Shown: positions 19,810 through 30,609 of the stretch, in pieces
Position numbering within the stretch: position 1 is the stretch's first letter
Layout of the letters: the number at the start of each line of letters is the position of its first letter
IMG/VR virus record: IMGVR_UViG_3300032318_002198
DNA length: 64,000 nt
Strand: one strand, 5' to 3'
Source of the DNA: a virus
Lineage: Duplodnaviria > Heunggongvirae > Uroviricota > Caudoviricetes
Program-made: the position numbers and the translations under genes
Notes under the pieces: generated by a model
Databases searched by the model: none
What the model saw: the letters and a program-made list of their open reading frames with translations, nothing else
Told to the model about the DNA's origin: nothing

Positions 19810-20575
19810 ATGAAAATAATTTTAGCTACAGGCGGGTTTTGACCCTGTCCACAGCGGACATTTAGAATACTTTAAAGAAAGTGCAAAATTGGGTGCCCGA
19901 TTCATCGTAGGGTTAAACAGTGATGCTTGGCTAACTCGTAAAAAAGGTCGAGCATTTATGCCTATGGTTGAACGTCGAACTATAATTGAAAATCTAAAAA
20001 TGGTCGACGAGGTTATGGAATTTGATGATACTACTAATAATAGTGTGGATTGTATTAATCAATTACTTACAAAATATCCCAACGACGAAATCATTTTTGT
20101 AAATGGTGGGGATAGAGATCATACTAACGTCCCAGAACAACAGGTATTTGTAAATAACCCAAAAGTTTCTTTTATGTTTTCAGTTGGCGGAAATGACAAA
20201 CGTAATAGCAGTCGTTGGATATTAGATGAATGGCGTGCTCCAAAAACACTACGTTCCTGGGGAAATTATAGAGTCATACACGAAACAGGAAAGACCTTTA
20301 AAGTTAAGGAATTGAATGTAAACCCTGGTAATTCACTAAGCATGCAAAAACATGATTTAAGATCTGAATTTTGGTTTGTAGTTGAAGGTTATGCTTCCTT
20401 ATATACATTAGATAATGGCGTTGAAAAACTTCAAGGTATATATGGCGTACATGACGATATTTGGATTCCAAAAAATCAATGGCATCGATTGTCCAACGAA
20501 ACTGATAAACCATTGCGTATAATAGAATTACAGTATGGTGATGAATGCACAGAGTTAGATATCATCCGTAAATGA
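19810..20575 (+). CDS. cytidylyltransferase (HxGH) plus cupin mannose-6-P isomerase-like fusion, +1 frameshift after codon 10
   Basis: ATG 19810 reads MKIILATGGF then TGA; +1 frame continues DPVHSGHLEY into ORF 19889-20575; cupin SLSMQKH..RSEFW. Confidence 0.8.
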
Positions 20576-20952
20576 TTATACATGCGCCAATAAGTCTGGG
20601 TGAACTTATAGATAAAATCACTATATTGGAAATAAAATTAGTGAAAATTGTTGATCCTGTTAAATTAAAAAACATCAATAATGAATTGGACAAATTAAGA
20701 AAGATTTATCATGACATTATATTAACACCCGATGTTGATTGTTTTCATAAAGATTTGTATAATGTAAACTTAGAATTGTGGAAATTTGAAGATCAAATTA
20801 GAGAATGTAATTTAACTAATGAACAATTTATCTCGATAGCAAAACAGATACATAAAACTAATGATCAAAGAAGTGTAATTAAGAAACACATTAATTTAAC
20901 TTTTAATTCAGATATTGTTGAAGAAAAATCATATAAAAATTTGGAGTTATAA
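20572..20952 (+). CDS. hypothetical protein of glycosylation clusters
   Basis: PISLGELIDKITILEIK motif. Confidence 0.65.
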   Translation: MIIHAPISLGELIDKITILEIKLVKIVDPVKLKNINNELDKLRKIYHDIILTPDVDCFHKDLYNVNLELWKFEDQIRECNLTNEQFISIAKQIHKTNDQRSVIKKHINLTFNSDIVEEKSYKNLEL

Positions 20953-22176
20953 ATGAAAAAAGTATTAGAATTGGGCGAATATTACGTTAGTGACTTTATT
21001 AAAAGCACTGCCGATCTCGAAGGTAGAAAAAAGTATAGTTTAGATCTTTATCTTGACGAACAATTGGGAGCAGTTAGATTGAAAGATTTAGCACCTCCAG
21101 AAACTATGTGGGGTCAATATTGGTATCGCAGCGGCATAAACTCTAGTATGACTAAAGAGTTACAAGGAATAGTAAATGAAATTACTTCCAGAGTAAAACT
21201 AAACACTGGAGATAAGTGGTTAGATATTGCTTGCAACGATGGTACATTATTAAAATTTGTTCCGGATAACTTACAAAAATATGGAATCGATCCTTGTAAC
21301 GATTCTTACTACGCCGAAAGCAGTAAAGTAGCCACAGTGGTACAAGATTACTTTAGTTACGAAGCATGGACAAAGGCCGGAAATGGTGCAAAAACTGCTA
21401 AGGTTATCACATGTATTGCAATGTTCTATGACCTCGATGATCCTAGGCCTTTTGTTAATGATTTATACGAGGTATTGGACGATAATGGTATATTGGTATT
21501 GCAAATGAGCTATACACCATTAATGGTCAAACAAATGGCATTCGATAATATCTGTCACGAACATGTATACTATTATGATCTTACAAGCATTAAATCATTG
21601 TTTGAGAATCACGGATTCAAAATAGTAGATTGCAGTTTAAATGATACAAATGGTGGTAGTTTTAGAATTTATCTACAAAAGAATATTGCTAACAAAACTT
21701 CATTCGGATCAGCACCATTGCGTGATGTATGTGATGTAAGAGTGGCCAGCATTTTAGAATATGAAAAAAATGTATGTAATATTCGAGATGTCAAAGTTTG
21801 GGAGGATTTCGACTATCGTTTACAGTCTCTTAAAACCCAAGTAGTTGATTTTGTAAAACAAGCTAAACAACAAGGTAAAAGAATTTATGGGTATGGTGCA
21901 AGTACAAAAGGTAATACATTGTTACAGCATTTTGGTTTAGATCATACTTATATCGATGCTATTGCAGAACGTAGTCCATATAAGTTTGGATTAATGACTA
22001 TAGGTACAAATATACCTATAGTCGACGAAGAAACAATGCGGAAAGATAATCCAGAATATTCATTGGTTCTACCGTGGCATTTTATTGATGAATTTGAAAA
22101 GAGAGAGCAAGAATATTTAAAATCGGGAGGAGTATTGATTCTCCCGTGTCCTCAGTTTAAAATAATAACTGCATAA
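20953..22176 (+). CDS. NDP-sugar C-methyltransferase (SAM-dependent)
   Basis: LDIACNDGT, ICHEHVYYY, YGASTKGNT C-terminal domain. Confidence 0.85.
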   Translation: MKKVLELGEYYVSDFIKSTADLEGRKKYSLDLYLDEQLGAVRLKDLAPPETMWGQYWYRSGINSSMTKELQGIVNEITSRVKLNTGDKWLDIACNDGTLLKFVPDNLQKYGIDPCNDSYYAESSKVATVVQDYFSYEAWTKAGNGAKTAKVITCIAMFYDLDDPRPFVNDLYEVLDDNGILVLQMSYTPLMVKQMAFDNICHEHVYYYDLTSIKSLFENHGFKIVDCSLNDTNGGSFRIYLQKNIANKTSFGSAPLRDVCDVRVASILEYEKNVCNIRDVKVWEDFDYRLQSLKTQVVDFVKQAKQQGKRIYGYGASTKGNTLLQHFGLDHTYIDAIAERSPYKFGLMTIGTNIPIVDEETMRKDNPEYSLVLPWHFIDEFEKREQEYLKSGGVLILPCPQFKIITA

Positions 22177-22187
22177 TAAAGGAACTT

Positions 22188-23108
22188 ATGGATATTAATA
22201 ACATTATATTTTTTAGTCACGAAAAAAACGGTGACTGTTTCGTCAATAAAGGATATGTACAGGATATCATGAATCGATTACCCGATCTCACATATTCTTA
22301 TGCACACGATCATCACCCATCTATAGTACAGGATCTTGGGTGTCGATTAGTTAGAACATTTCAAATTCCACGAGAAGTTGATAAAAATCAAAAAGCAGTA
22401 CATCACGAGGATAGTGGTACATTGTTTATTAACACATGGATCGGTGCTTGGATAGGTAAGTATCTTGTTCACGGTCAACATGGCAATTTTCCTTTATTTC
22501 ATAGAGCATGGTCTGAATTTTTGGATATGTTGAATTTGACTATCGATGGCGATTATGATTCATATCTACCCGAAATTGATTATGCTCAATACGATTTGAC
22601 TGTTGCCGATCAATACTTAGAAAGAATCAATAATAGGCCTTTGGTTGTTTTTTGCAATGGATTACAACAAAGTGGGCAGAGTGCTATGGGAGTAATGCCC
22701 AACGTTATACATACATTAGCAACTCAGTATCCTAACTATGAATTTTTGGTAACATATAAAGTAAACTCAGATCTACCCAATATTACTTATACTGATGATT
22801 TATTTGGAGCTAAAGAAGGAAATCTCAATCAAATTTCTTACATAAGCAGAAAGTCTAAATTGTTGATAGGTAAAAACAGTGGTCCATTTACATTTTGCCA
22901 CACTAAGGAAATGTTAAATGATCCAACTAAAATTTTCCTTTCATTTAACTATCGACCAACAGATTATTTGTTAGGTGAAGGAGAGTATTATGCTAATTCA
23001 TTCTTTAGTCCAACAACTGATGAAAATGTTGCTTTGGAAGTTATAAATTATCTAATGAACAAACAAGATTTTAATCAAAATAAAAAATCGTTAATTACGA
23101 TCGGATAA
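22188..23108 (+). CDS. putative glycosyltransferase-like protein
   Basis: GDCF N-terminal motif, LIGKNSGPF GT-B-like motif; cluster context. Confidence 0.5.
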   Translation: MDINNIIFFSHEKNGDCFVNKGYVQDIMNRLPDLTYSYAHDHHPSIVQDLGCRLVRTFQIPREVDKNQKAVHHEDSGTLFINTWIGAWIGKYLVHGQHGNFPLFHRAWSEFLDMLNLTIDGDYDSYLPEIDYAQYDLTVADQYLERINNRPLVVFCNGLQQSGQSAMGVMPNVIHTLATQYPNYEFLVTYKVNSDLPNITYTDDLFGAKEGNLNQISYISRKSKLLIGKNSGPFTFCHTKEMLNDPTKIFLSFNYRPTDYLLGEGEYYANSFFSPTTDENVALEVINYLMNKQDFNQNKKSLITIG

Positions 23109-23111
23109 AAC

Positions 23112-23771
23112 ATGTTCATTGTAATAAACAATTTTACTGATAATTATCGTCCTCTGGTTGATAAAACTTGGTATTTGAACAAGCTACCATATTGTGAAAA
23201 GCATGGTTATTCTCATGAATTACAATTCTTAGAGTCATCTTTACCGATGCATGAATATCAAATAGAAAAAATTAAATTCATACAGCGTGTTGTAAATGAT
23301 TCTCCCGAGGATTCGTGGATTTGGTGGACTGGCGCAGATTTAATGATTACTAATTTTCTAATAAAGTTAGAGGACATTGTTGATAACAATTATCATTTTG
23401 TTACGGCCACTGATTTTAATGGTATCAATGCTGATAGTTTTCTAATACGGAATTCTCAACAAGGCAGAGATTATCTAAACATGATCGCCGAGAAGTTACC
23501 AAATTATACTCATTGGGAAGGCGAACAAGGCATCATGAAAGATACATATGAACAGTATAAAGATATCGTAATAAAACTAGTCCCACAACGTACTATGAAT
23601 TCTTATAATTATAGTCTGTATAAGGGGCGGGGTCCTGAACCAATGTTAGATAAATTAGGAAATGTCGGAGATTGGCGAATAGGTGATTTTGCAATTCATT
23701 GGCCTGCACAATCGTTAGAATTTAGACTACAGGCGTTTGATTACTACTCACAATTTATTATAAGGCAATGA
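23112..23771 (+). CDS. glycosyltransferase (GT34/Mnn10-like)
   Basis: WIWWTGADLMITN, GINADSFLIRN, EQG, GDFAIHW. Confidence 0.65.
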   Translation: MFIVINNFTDNYRPLVDKTWYLNKLPYCEKHGYSHELQFLESSLPMHEYQIEKIKFIQRVVNDSPEDSWIWWTGADLMITNFLIKLEDIVDNNYHFVTATDFNGINADSFLIRNSQQGRDYLNMIAEKLPNYTHWEGEQGIMKDTYEQYKDIVIKLVPQRTMNSYNYSLYKGRGPEPMLDKLGNVGDWRIGDFAIHWPAQSLEFRLQAFDYYSQFIIRQ

Positions 23772-24619
23772 ATATGAAAATAGCGGCATGTTTATTTCAA
23801 CGAAATAACTCAAGACATTTATTAGAATGGTTTGCATGGTATCGTATGATCGGCGTCGATACTGTATTAGTATATGATCATATGAGTACTGACAATAGTT
23901 TTGAATTGATACAAAAACTATCAAAATTCTATGATATTAGACCGATGCAAATCACCGGACATTATGCAGCCAATAAATATTGGGAATACATTTTCCAACA
24001 TAGAACCAGTGGCGAATTTGATTGGATAATGAGTACAGATGCTGATGAGATCTATGTACCCATGCAACACGATAATATCAAAGACTTTCTTGCAAATTAT
24101 ATGGATAAACGTCTAAGTTGTTTAGGTATATATTGGACAATGTTTGGCAATAATGGTCACATTGATTGGGAACCTGGATTTGTAACCGAATGTTTTACAC
24201 GAAGAGGACCATTAAATCACAAACTTAATCATCATATTAAACCAATTATACGTTGTGGCCCGGCTGGCGGAAATGTATGGTACAGAAATGATGGGCATTG
24301 TCTTGTTACTGAATATGGAACATATGATGTCGATGGTAGATTAATCACTCAAGGTCTTAACTATCCTGCCGAAGCAATAAGTCACGATAAACTTAGAATC
24401 CATCATTATTATTCTAAGAGCTGGGAATATTTTAAAACAGTAAAACAAGTAGTGGGACAAAATGCAGATCGTCCTCCTAATAGCCCTGGATCATTTATCC
24501 CAGACGAATTTTGGCATCAACAAAACTTAAATGACGAATACGACGATGTTGCTTGGGCTCGATTCGGAGAAAGATTAAAACAAACCTATTCTATTATGAA
24601 AGAACAAATTGAATCATGA
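23768..24619 (+). CDS. glycosyltransferase GT-A fold (GT2/GT92-like)
   Basis: LEWFAWY...YDHMSTD, DADE, HHYYSKS. Confidence 0.75.
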   Translation: MNMKIAACLFQRNNSRHLLEWFAWYRMIGVDTVLVYDHMSTDNSFELIQKLSKFYDIRPMQITGHYAANKYWEYIFQHRTSGEFDWIMSTDADEIYVPMQHDNIKDFLANYMDKRLSCLGIYWTMFGNNGHIDWEPGFVTECFTRRGPLNHKLNHHIKPIIRCGPAGGNVWYRNDGHCLVTEYGTYDVDGRLITQGLNYPAEAISHDKLRIHHYYSKSWEYFKTVKQVVGQNADRPPNSPGSFIPDEFWHQQNLNDEYDDVAWARFGERLKQTYSIMKEQIES

Positions 24620-25941
24620 TTACTAAAGAACGAATTATTGAAGATGTTATTACATTTATAACACAAAAACAACAAAATAAGAAATGGGTGGCCGGGAAAG
24701 ATTTTGTTAACTATGCTGGACCTCATTTCAATCAAGATGAATTTGCAGCAGCAGTGTCGACTTTGCTTGATGGTTGGTTAGTAATGGGAGATAAATGTTT
24801 AGAATTTGAAAGAAGATTTCCAAAAGAATTCGGAAAGAATTACGGAATACTAACTAATAGTGGTAGTAGTTCTAATCTATTAATGATGGCCACACTAACA
24901 TCAAAACGTGGATATAATCTCCCCAAGGGTACAAAAGTCTTAATGCCTATTGCAGGATTTCCTACCACATTGAATCCAACATTGCAAATGGGTTTTGAAC
25001 CCGTATTCCTTGATATCGAACAAACTACACTAAACTTAGATCTTACTCGCGCCGAAGATTTAATCAAAGAACACAATATCAAGGTTATTACGTTTGCACA
25101 TGTATTAGGAAATCCTCCTAATATGGATGCTGTAATGGATCTAGTTAACAAATATAATTTGATCCTATTAGAAGATTGTTGTGATGCATTAGGCAGCACA
25201 TATGACGGGAAACCGTTGGGAAGTTTCGGAGAAATGGCCAGTTGTAGTTTCTACCCGGCACACCATATGACTATGGGCGAAGGTGGTTTTGTTGCATGTA
25301 AAACCTATGAGACCGAAGTCATTGCAAGATCGTTCAGAGAATGGGGTCGTGGTTGCTATTGTGTAGGCCCTGATGCCAATAAGTTACAATGTGGTACTTG
25401 TGGTAAACGTTTTTCGGAATGGGTACCTTGCATGAAGGGCGAAATATTCGATCACAAATATGTATACGACGAGATTGGATATAACCTAAAACCAATCGAA
25501 GTACAAGGAGCAATGGGATTACATCAATTAGACAAACTTCCGGAGATACACTCTCTTCGTAGAAGGAATTTCAACTTGCTAATGGACATTTATAAAAAGT
25601 ATGAAGAATTCTTCCATTTGCCCGTGGCTCAAGAAAAGAGTGATCCAAGTTGGTTTGCATTTCCGTTGACTATTAAGAAGGATGCTCCTTTTTCCAGGTA
25701 TGACATAGTAACTCACCTTGAAAATAATCTAATACAAACAAGACCTTATTTTGCGGGTAATATAATGTTGCAGCCAGCCTATAGTCATATTATGAATCCG
25801 GTTGATGCAAAGAATAATTTCCCCGTAGCAACACATGTTATGACCAATACTTTTTTCCATGGCACAAGTCCGGTAATCACTCCCGAACAGATTGCATATA
25901 TTGGCGAGAGAGTAGATGGATTTATGAGTTTATTTGTATGA
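24616..25941 (+). CDS. rfbH: CDP-4-keto-6-deoxy-D-glucose 3-dehydrase (RfbH/DdhC, E1)
   Basis: PLP-type fold with SFYPAHHMTMGEGG (His replacing Lys) and Cys cluster GRGCYC..C..C. Confidence 0.85.
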   Translation: MITKERIIEDVITFITQKQQNKKWVAGKDFVNYAGPHFNQDEFAAAVSTLLDGWLVMGDKCLEFERRFPKEFGKNYGILTNSGSSSNLLMMATLTSKRGYNLPKGTKVLMPIAGFPTTLNPTLQMGFEPVFLDIEQTTLNLDLTRAEDLIKEHNIKVITFAHVLGNPPNMDAVMDLVNKYNLILLEDCCDALGSTYDGKPLGSFGEMASCSFYPAHHMTMGEGGFVACKTYETEVIARSFREWGRGCYCVGPDANKLQCGTCGKRFSEWVPCMKGEIFDHKYVYDEIGYNLKPIEVQGAMGLHQLDKLPEIHSLRRRNFNLLMDIYKKYEEFFHLPVAQEKSDPSWFAFPLTIKKDAPFSRYDIVTHLENNLIQTRPYFAGNIMLQPAYSHIMNPVDAKNNFPVATHVMTNTFFHGTSPVITPEQIAYIGERVDGFMSLFV

Positions 25942-26558
25942 TGTCAAAAGAACAATTAATTAACTTTGAAGAAGAAATAGGTGCTATGTTTAATCAAGCA
26001 AAGATAAGAGCACCTATTCATTTATATCACGGCAACGAAGAACAAATATATCGAGTTTTTGAAAAAGTAAAATCAAACGACTGGATATGTTGTACTTGGA
26101 GAAATCATTACCAAGCATTGTTAAAGGGTGTTCCTGCTGACCTTCTAATAGAAAAAATAGTAGAAGGAAAAAGTATGGTCATGAACTTGCCGGAATATAA
26201 GTTTATATGTTCAAGTATTGTAGGAGGAATTCCTAGCATTGCAACTGGTTTAGCATTGGCTGCTAAATTAAAAAACTCTAACGAACATGTATGGTGTTGG
26301 ACTGGAGATATGAGTGCCGAAACCGGTGCATGGAGTGAAGCATATAGATATTCCGTGGCTCACGATTTACCTATTACCTTTGTTGTGGAGGATAATGAAC
26401 TAAGCGTGTTGACACCAACTAAGGAAGTGTGGGGCGAAGAAAAATGGTATCTCCCACATCAAAATAGGCAGTGGTACGAAAGTAAACACTTAATTTACTA
26501 TAAATATCACAACAAAAAATACCCTCACGCCGGATCAGGATTTCGCGTTCAATTTTAA
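25938..26558 (+). CDS. ThDP-dependent E1 alpha-like subunit
   Basis: PIHLYHGNEE, GDMSAETG...EDN ThDP motif. Confidence 0.8.
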   Translation: MMSKEQLINFEEEIGAMFNQAKIRAPIHLYHGNEEQIYRVFEKVKSNDWICCTWRNHYQALLKGVPADLLIEKIVEGKSMVMNLPEYKFICSSIVGGIPSIATGLALAAKLKNSNEHVWCWTGDMSAETGAWSEAYRYSVAHDLPITFVVEDNELSVLTPTKEVWGEEKWYLPHQNRQWYESKHLIYYKYHNKKYPHAGSGFRVQF

Positions 26559-26564
26559 AAATAT

Positions 26565-27101
26565 ATGACTACTAAAGAATATCAAGACGAATTAAAATTA
26601 GCAATGAATTGGTTATCTAAACAAGATAACGTAATCATATTAGGCCAAGCAGTTGAATATGCAGGCACAGGATGCTATGATAGTTTGGTGGAAGTTCCTG
26701 CTGATAAGAAAATGGAATTTCCTGTAGCAGAAAACTTTCAAATTGGCACCAGTATTGGATTAGCATTAAATGGATTTATTCCCGTAAATGTTGTTCCACG
26801 GTGGAATTTTTTATTATGTGCTACTGATCAAATTGTAAATCATCTAGATAAATTACCGTTGATTAATCCTGACTGTAAGCCTAAAGTAATTATTCGTGTT
26901 GCGGTGGGGTCAGAGAACCCTGTAGATCCTCAAGAACAACATAAAGGAAATTTTTCCGAGGCTTTTCGCTTAATGTGTAAAACTATTGATATTATCGAAT
27001 GTCGAACAGTTGAAGATATAATGCCAGCATATAATAAGGCTTATTTTCGCAATGATGGAAAAAGCACTATAATTGTTGAATTTCCGGATTATGGCAAATG
27101 A
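26565..27101 (+). CDS. ThDP-dependent E1 beta/transketolase pyrimidine-binding subunit
   Basis: EFPVAENFQIGTSIGLAL, DQIVNH. Confidence 0.8.
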   Translation: MTTKEYQDELKLAMNWLSKQDNVIILGQAVEYAGTGCYDSLVEVPADKKMEFPVAENFQIGTSIGLALNGFIPVNVVPRWNFLLCATDQIVNHLDKLPLINPDCKPKVIIRVAVGSENPVDPQEQHKGNFSEAFRLMCKTIDIIECRTVEDIMPAYNKAYFRNDGKSTIIVEFPDYGK

Positions 27102-27910
27102 AAATTTTAATAACGGGCGCAAATGGTTTTATTGGAAATAATCTATTCAAACTACTATCAAACAAATATACAGTAACTGGTATATTTGGAAGAAAAGATA
27201 TAGATCTAATAAAATTCGAACATGTTAAAAAATTGTTGAATAATAATTATGATATTGTAATACATTGTGCAACAGCGGGCAGATACGAAACTTCTAGTAT
27301 CGATACACAGATACTTAATGATAATTTAGAGATGTTTTTGAATTTTTCCTATTTAAAAGATAGATTCAAAAGATTCATTAACATCGGATCGGGTGCTGAA
27401 TTTGATTTATCAACAAATATTGACAACGTTTCCGAAACTGAAATATTTAATAGAACACCGACATTTAGTTATGGTCTAAGTAAAAATTTAATATCAAAAC
27501 AAATATATAAACTTGATAATTTTTACACCTTACGAATATTTGGATGTATTTCGACATCGTCACCATCTAATACATTAATCTATAATTTTACAGAGCAAGT
27601 TTCTCAGGGCCATACGTTTAAGTTAGTCAATGATAGATATTTTGATTTCTTTTCCATGTATGATTTAATATCAGTAATCGAACACTATATAATTGAGGAA
27701 AATCTAAAAAAAGATGTAAACTTAACATACGATAACAAAATCAAAATAAGTGATATATTAAAATCATATTTGATTGATAAAAATCTATCATCGAATTTAT
27801 TAGAAATTGTAAGTGAAAGTCAAATAAATTACACTGGGAATAACAAAAGTTTAAATACAATGAATATTACATTGTCGGGTTTAGAAAATATCCTTAGGAA
27901 GATTAAATGA
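27098..27910 (+). CDS. NAD-dependent epimerase/reductase
   Basis: ITGANGFIG, YGLSK. Confidence 0.8.
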   Translation: MKILITGANGFIGNNLFKLLSNKYTVTGIFGRKDIDLIKFEHVKKLLNNNYDIVIHCATAGRYETSSIDTQILNDNLEMFLNFSYLKDRFKRFINIGSGAEFDLSTNIDNVSETEIFNRTPTFSYGLSKNLISKQIYKLDNFYTLRIFGCISTSSPSNTLIYNFTEQVSQGHTFKLVNDRYFDFFSMYDLISVIEHYIIEENLKKDVNLTYDNKIKISDILKSYLIDKNLSSNLLEIVSESQINYTGNNKSLNTMNITLSGLENILRKIK

Positions 27911-28848
27911 AAAAAGTTGTTTATGTAACAGGTTGTTTAGGATTTATTGGTTATTATGTAACAAAAAAATGTCTAGATGAGGGTTGGTATGTTATAGGTG
28001 TTGACAAAATGACGTATGCGTCTAATCCTAGTCTCTTGAGTGATTTAGAATACAGAGAAAGATTCAAATTTATTAAATCTGATATAAATGATTTGTCTAA
28101 ATTATATGATTGCGACTACGTAATCAACACCGCAGCAGAAACCCACGTAGATAATAGTATTGTATCTTCTAATGTATTTTTGGAATCAAATATAAATGGT
28201 GTTCATAACTTATTACAATTGATACAACAAAAAAGCATATACAAAATGCCAACTCTATTGCATTTTTCTACAGACGAAGTGTACGGTGATATTGATATAG
28301 GCCAGCATTCAGAAAAAGATCTATTGAAACCCAGCAATCCTTATTCTGCATCTAAAGCAGCGGCCGATATGTTAATTTTAGCATGGGCTAGAACATTTAA
28401 CGTTCCGTATGTAATCGTTAGACCTACTAACAATTATGGAATAGGTCAGTACGTAGAAAAGTTGATTCCAAAAACATGTAAACATTTAATGTTAGGAAAA
28501 AAAATAGAATTACATGATCATGGTAAACCTAAAAGAACTTGGCTTCATGTCGATGATACAGCAAATGCAATTATAACAATTATCAAACAAGGTGTTCGTA
28601 ACGAAATTTTCAATATAAATGGTAATCACGAATGTCCTAATATCGATGTTGTTCAAAAAATATTAAAAAATATGTTGAATGAGGAAGACCCTACACCATA
28701 TATCGAACATTATACTAGATCAGGCGGTGATGTAAGATACGCATTAGATGACACAAAATTAAAATCGTTAGGTTGGTATCCCAAATCAAATTTCGACCAC
28801 GAACTAAAATTAATAACAGAATATTACTCAAAGAATTTTGTATGGTGA
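27907..28848 (+). CDS. NDP-glucose 4,6-dehydratase (RfbB-like)
   Basis: TGCLGFIG, AAETHVD, STDEVYG, PYSASK, NNYG. Confidence 0.88.
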   Translation: MKKVVYVTGCLGFIGYYVTKKCLDEGWYVIGVDKMTYASNPSLLSDLEYRERFKFIKSDINDLSKLYDCDYVINTAAETHVDNSIVSSNVFLESNINGVHNLLQLIQQKSIYKMPTLLHFSTDEVYGDIDIGQHSEKDLLKPSNPYSASKAAADMLILAWARTFNVPYVIVRPTNNYGIGQYVEKLIPKTCKHLMLGKKIELHDHGKPKRTWLHVDDTANAIITIIKQGVRNEIFNINGNHECPNIDVVQKILKNMLNEEDPTPYIEHYTRSGGDVRYALDDTKLKSLGWYPKSNFDHELKLITEYYSKNFVW

Positions 28849-30049
28849 ACTGATGTGTATAATCAAGTTAGAGGATTATAAAAACTTTTTATCAAATATT
28901 GACGTTAATCAATATGACCTTTCTGAATCTAATTTTTATTTAGATAGAATTAAAACACGCAGATTGTTATTAATCTGTAATGAGAATAGTGAAGTATCAA
29001 CAATTGTCAAAAAGCTAGCTGATGATTATCCAGAGTATGAATTTTTATTAACGTGTCGATCCGATATACGAAAATCTAATGTAACATATATAAATGACCT
29101 TTGTAAAAATGATATAGATATTCCTGCATCAATATTTTATCTAAGTAAATATGCACAGATTATAGTAGGTTCTAATAGTAGCTTCTTTTATCACTGTTTT
29201 AATAAATCTAATCTGTCCAGCAGAGATCATATATTCATTCATTACGGAGATATTGATCTAGAAACAGTTGTAAAAGAAAATCAATACTCTACAACCTTTT
29301 TTTGGTCGAAAGGATATAATTATTCTGATCTCGAATCTCGCATACTTAAACATATTCAACCCATCAGTGTAATCACGTGGTTACCTGATATGAATCGAAA
29401 AATAAAATACAAATTCAAGAATCACAATACAATAAAAAGAATATTTTCAATCGGCTGTGAAGACATATTAGCATTGTCATTAACTAGAAAAAAATCTCAA
29501 GAACACACATATTTAGAAATTTTGGGTAATCATCCATCTTATACAAACAATACATATACATTATCGAAAACTTTTAATTGGCGGGGAGTATCTCTGGAGA
29601 TTAATAAAAGCCTAAAAACGGAATGGAATTATTACCGCCCTGACGATACCGTTTTATATATTGATCCATTTTTGATAAATTATGAGGAATTATTTCAACA
29701 ATACTACAAAAATAAAAGTATAGATTATCTATGTTTCACACTTGATTCGAATTTCTATGTACACGAATTATTGAAAATGATATTCCAACAAAATATTGAG
29801 TTTGGACTTATTACTTTTTTGACAGTACACGAAACTAATAGAACAATCACCGATGAAGTTAGAAATCTGTTGATAAATGCAGGTTATACTCCTATAGTCA
29901 AAGATGTGAATTTACCATGGATAACCGGAGATCTCAGGCCTGTAGAGGATTGGTGGGTGAACTTAAAATTGGTTGATGCCGAAGTAGCGTTGGATATAAA
30001 GTCTAGAGGCAAGGATTCAAAGCATCCTATTCATTTGTTGTTTAATTAG
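28838..30049 (+). CDS. two-domain protein: GT-like N-terminus plus FkbM-like methyltransferase remnant
   Basis: N-terminus resembles 22188 ORF; C-terminal YLEI..NHP..NNTY.L...WRGVSLEI. Confidence 0.45.
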   Translation: MYGELMCIIKLEDYKNFLSNIDVNQYDLSESNFYLDRIKTRRLLLICNENSEVSTIVKKLADDYPEYEFLLTCRSDIRKSNVTYINDLCKNDIDIPASIFYLSKYAQIIVGSNSSFFYHCFNKSNLSSRDHIFIHYGDIDLETVVKENQYSTTFFWSKGYNYSDLESRILKHIQPISVITWLPDMNRKIKYKFKNHNTIKRIFSIGCEDILALSLTRKKSQEHTYLEILGNHPSYTNNTYTLSKTFNWRGVSLEINKSLKTEWNYYRPDDTVLYIDPFLINYEELFQQYYKNKSIDYLCFTLDSNFYVHELLKMIFQQNIEFGLITFLTVHETNRTITDEVRNLLINAGYTPIVKDVNLPWITGDLRPVEDWWVNLKLVDAEVALDIKSRGKDSKHPIHLLFN

Positions 30050-30147
30050 GCAAAACTTTCAAACTTGCTTGACCAAAAATCGTTGATGCCTTCGAGTGTA
30101 TATGTTACAATAGTATATACATTGTAACACACATAGGTGACGATAAT

Positions 30148-30534
30148 ATGTCAATGCATCTCCATCATCCTTCTCTTAGTTTCTCCGGCAAGAAAAAAGG
30201 CAAACAAAAGTTTCGATCAGCGGCCGATGCACAACGAGCAAGAGAGCTAGAACAATCTTGGAACGACCTCAAGAAAAAACATGGTGTAGCAGAATCAAAA
30301 TCTACTCGAAAAAATATTGTTTCTCCGGTAGTAGTCGTACCACCGCCTGTACATCGAGTCGAACAAGTAAAACCCAAGAGTCTCAATTCGTGGATAACTG
30401 GTGCTGTCAGCAGTAAGCCTACCCAACAATACACGGGGACAATGATCAAGGGTATTTCACAAATGGCCAAATCTAATGCAGTCCCGGTTTTTAACCACGA
30501 TCATATTATTGAGATAGCAAGAATGCGTAGATAA
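30148..30534 (+). CDS. basic hypothetical protein
   Basis: ORF after sigma70-like promoter. Confidence 0.65.
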   Translation: MSMHLHHPSLSFSGKKKGKQKFRSAADAQRARELEQSWNDLKKKHGVAESKSTRKNIVSPVVVVPPPVHRVEQVKPKSLNSWITGAVSSKPTQQYTGTMIKGISQMAKSNAVPVFNHDHIIEIARMRR

Positions 30535-30609
30535 TATACTGCCTACCAAGGAATTCCTGAATTACCGTAAATCGGTAGCTGAGTACGCTGAATCTAACTA
30601 AATATTTGA

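Noticed and set aside
25938-27101. Pyruvate dehydrogenase as a central-metabolism auxiliary gene
   Set aside because: Both subunits are truncated, no E2 or E3 is present, and they sit inside a nucleotide-sugar operon.
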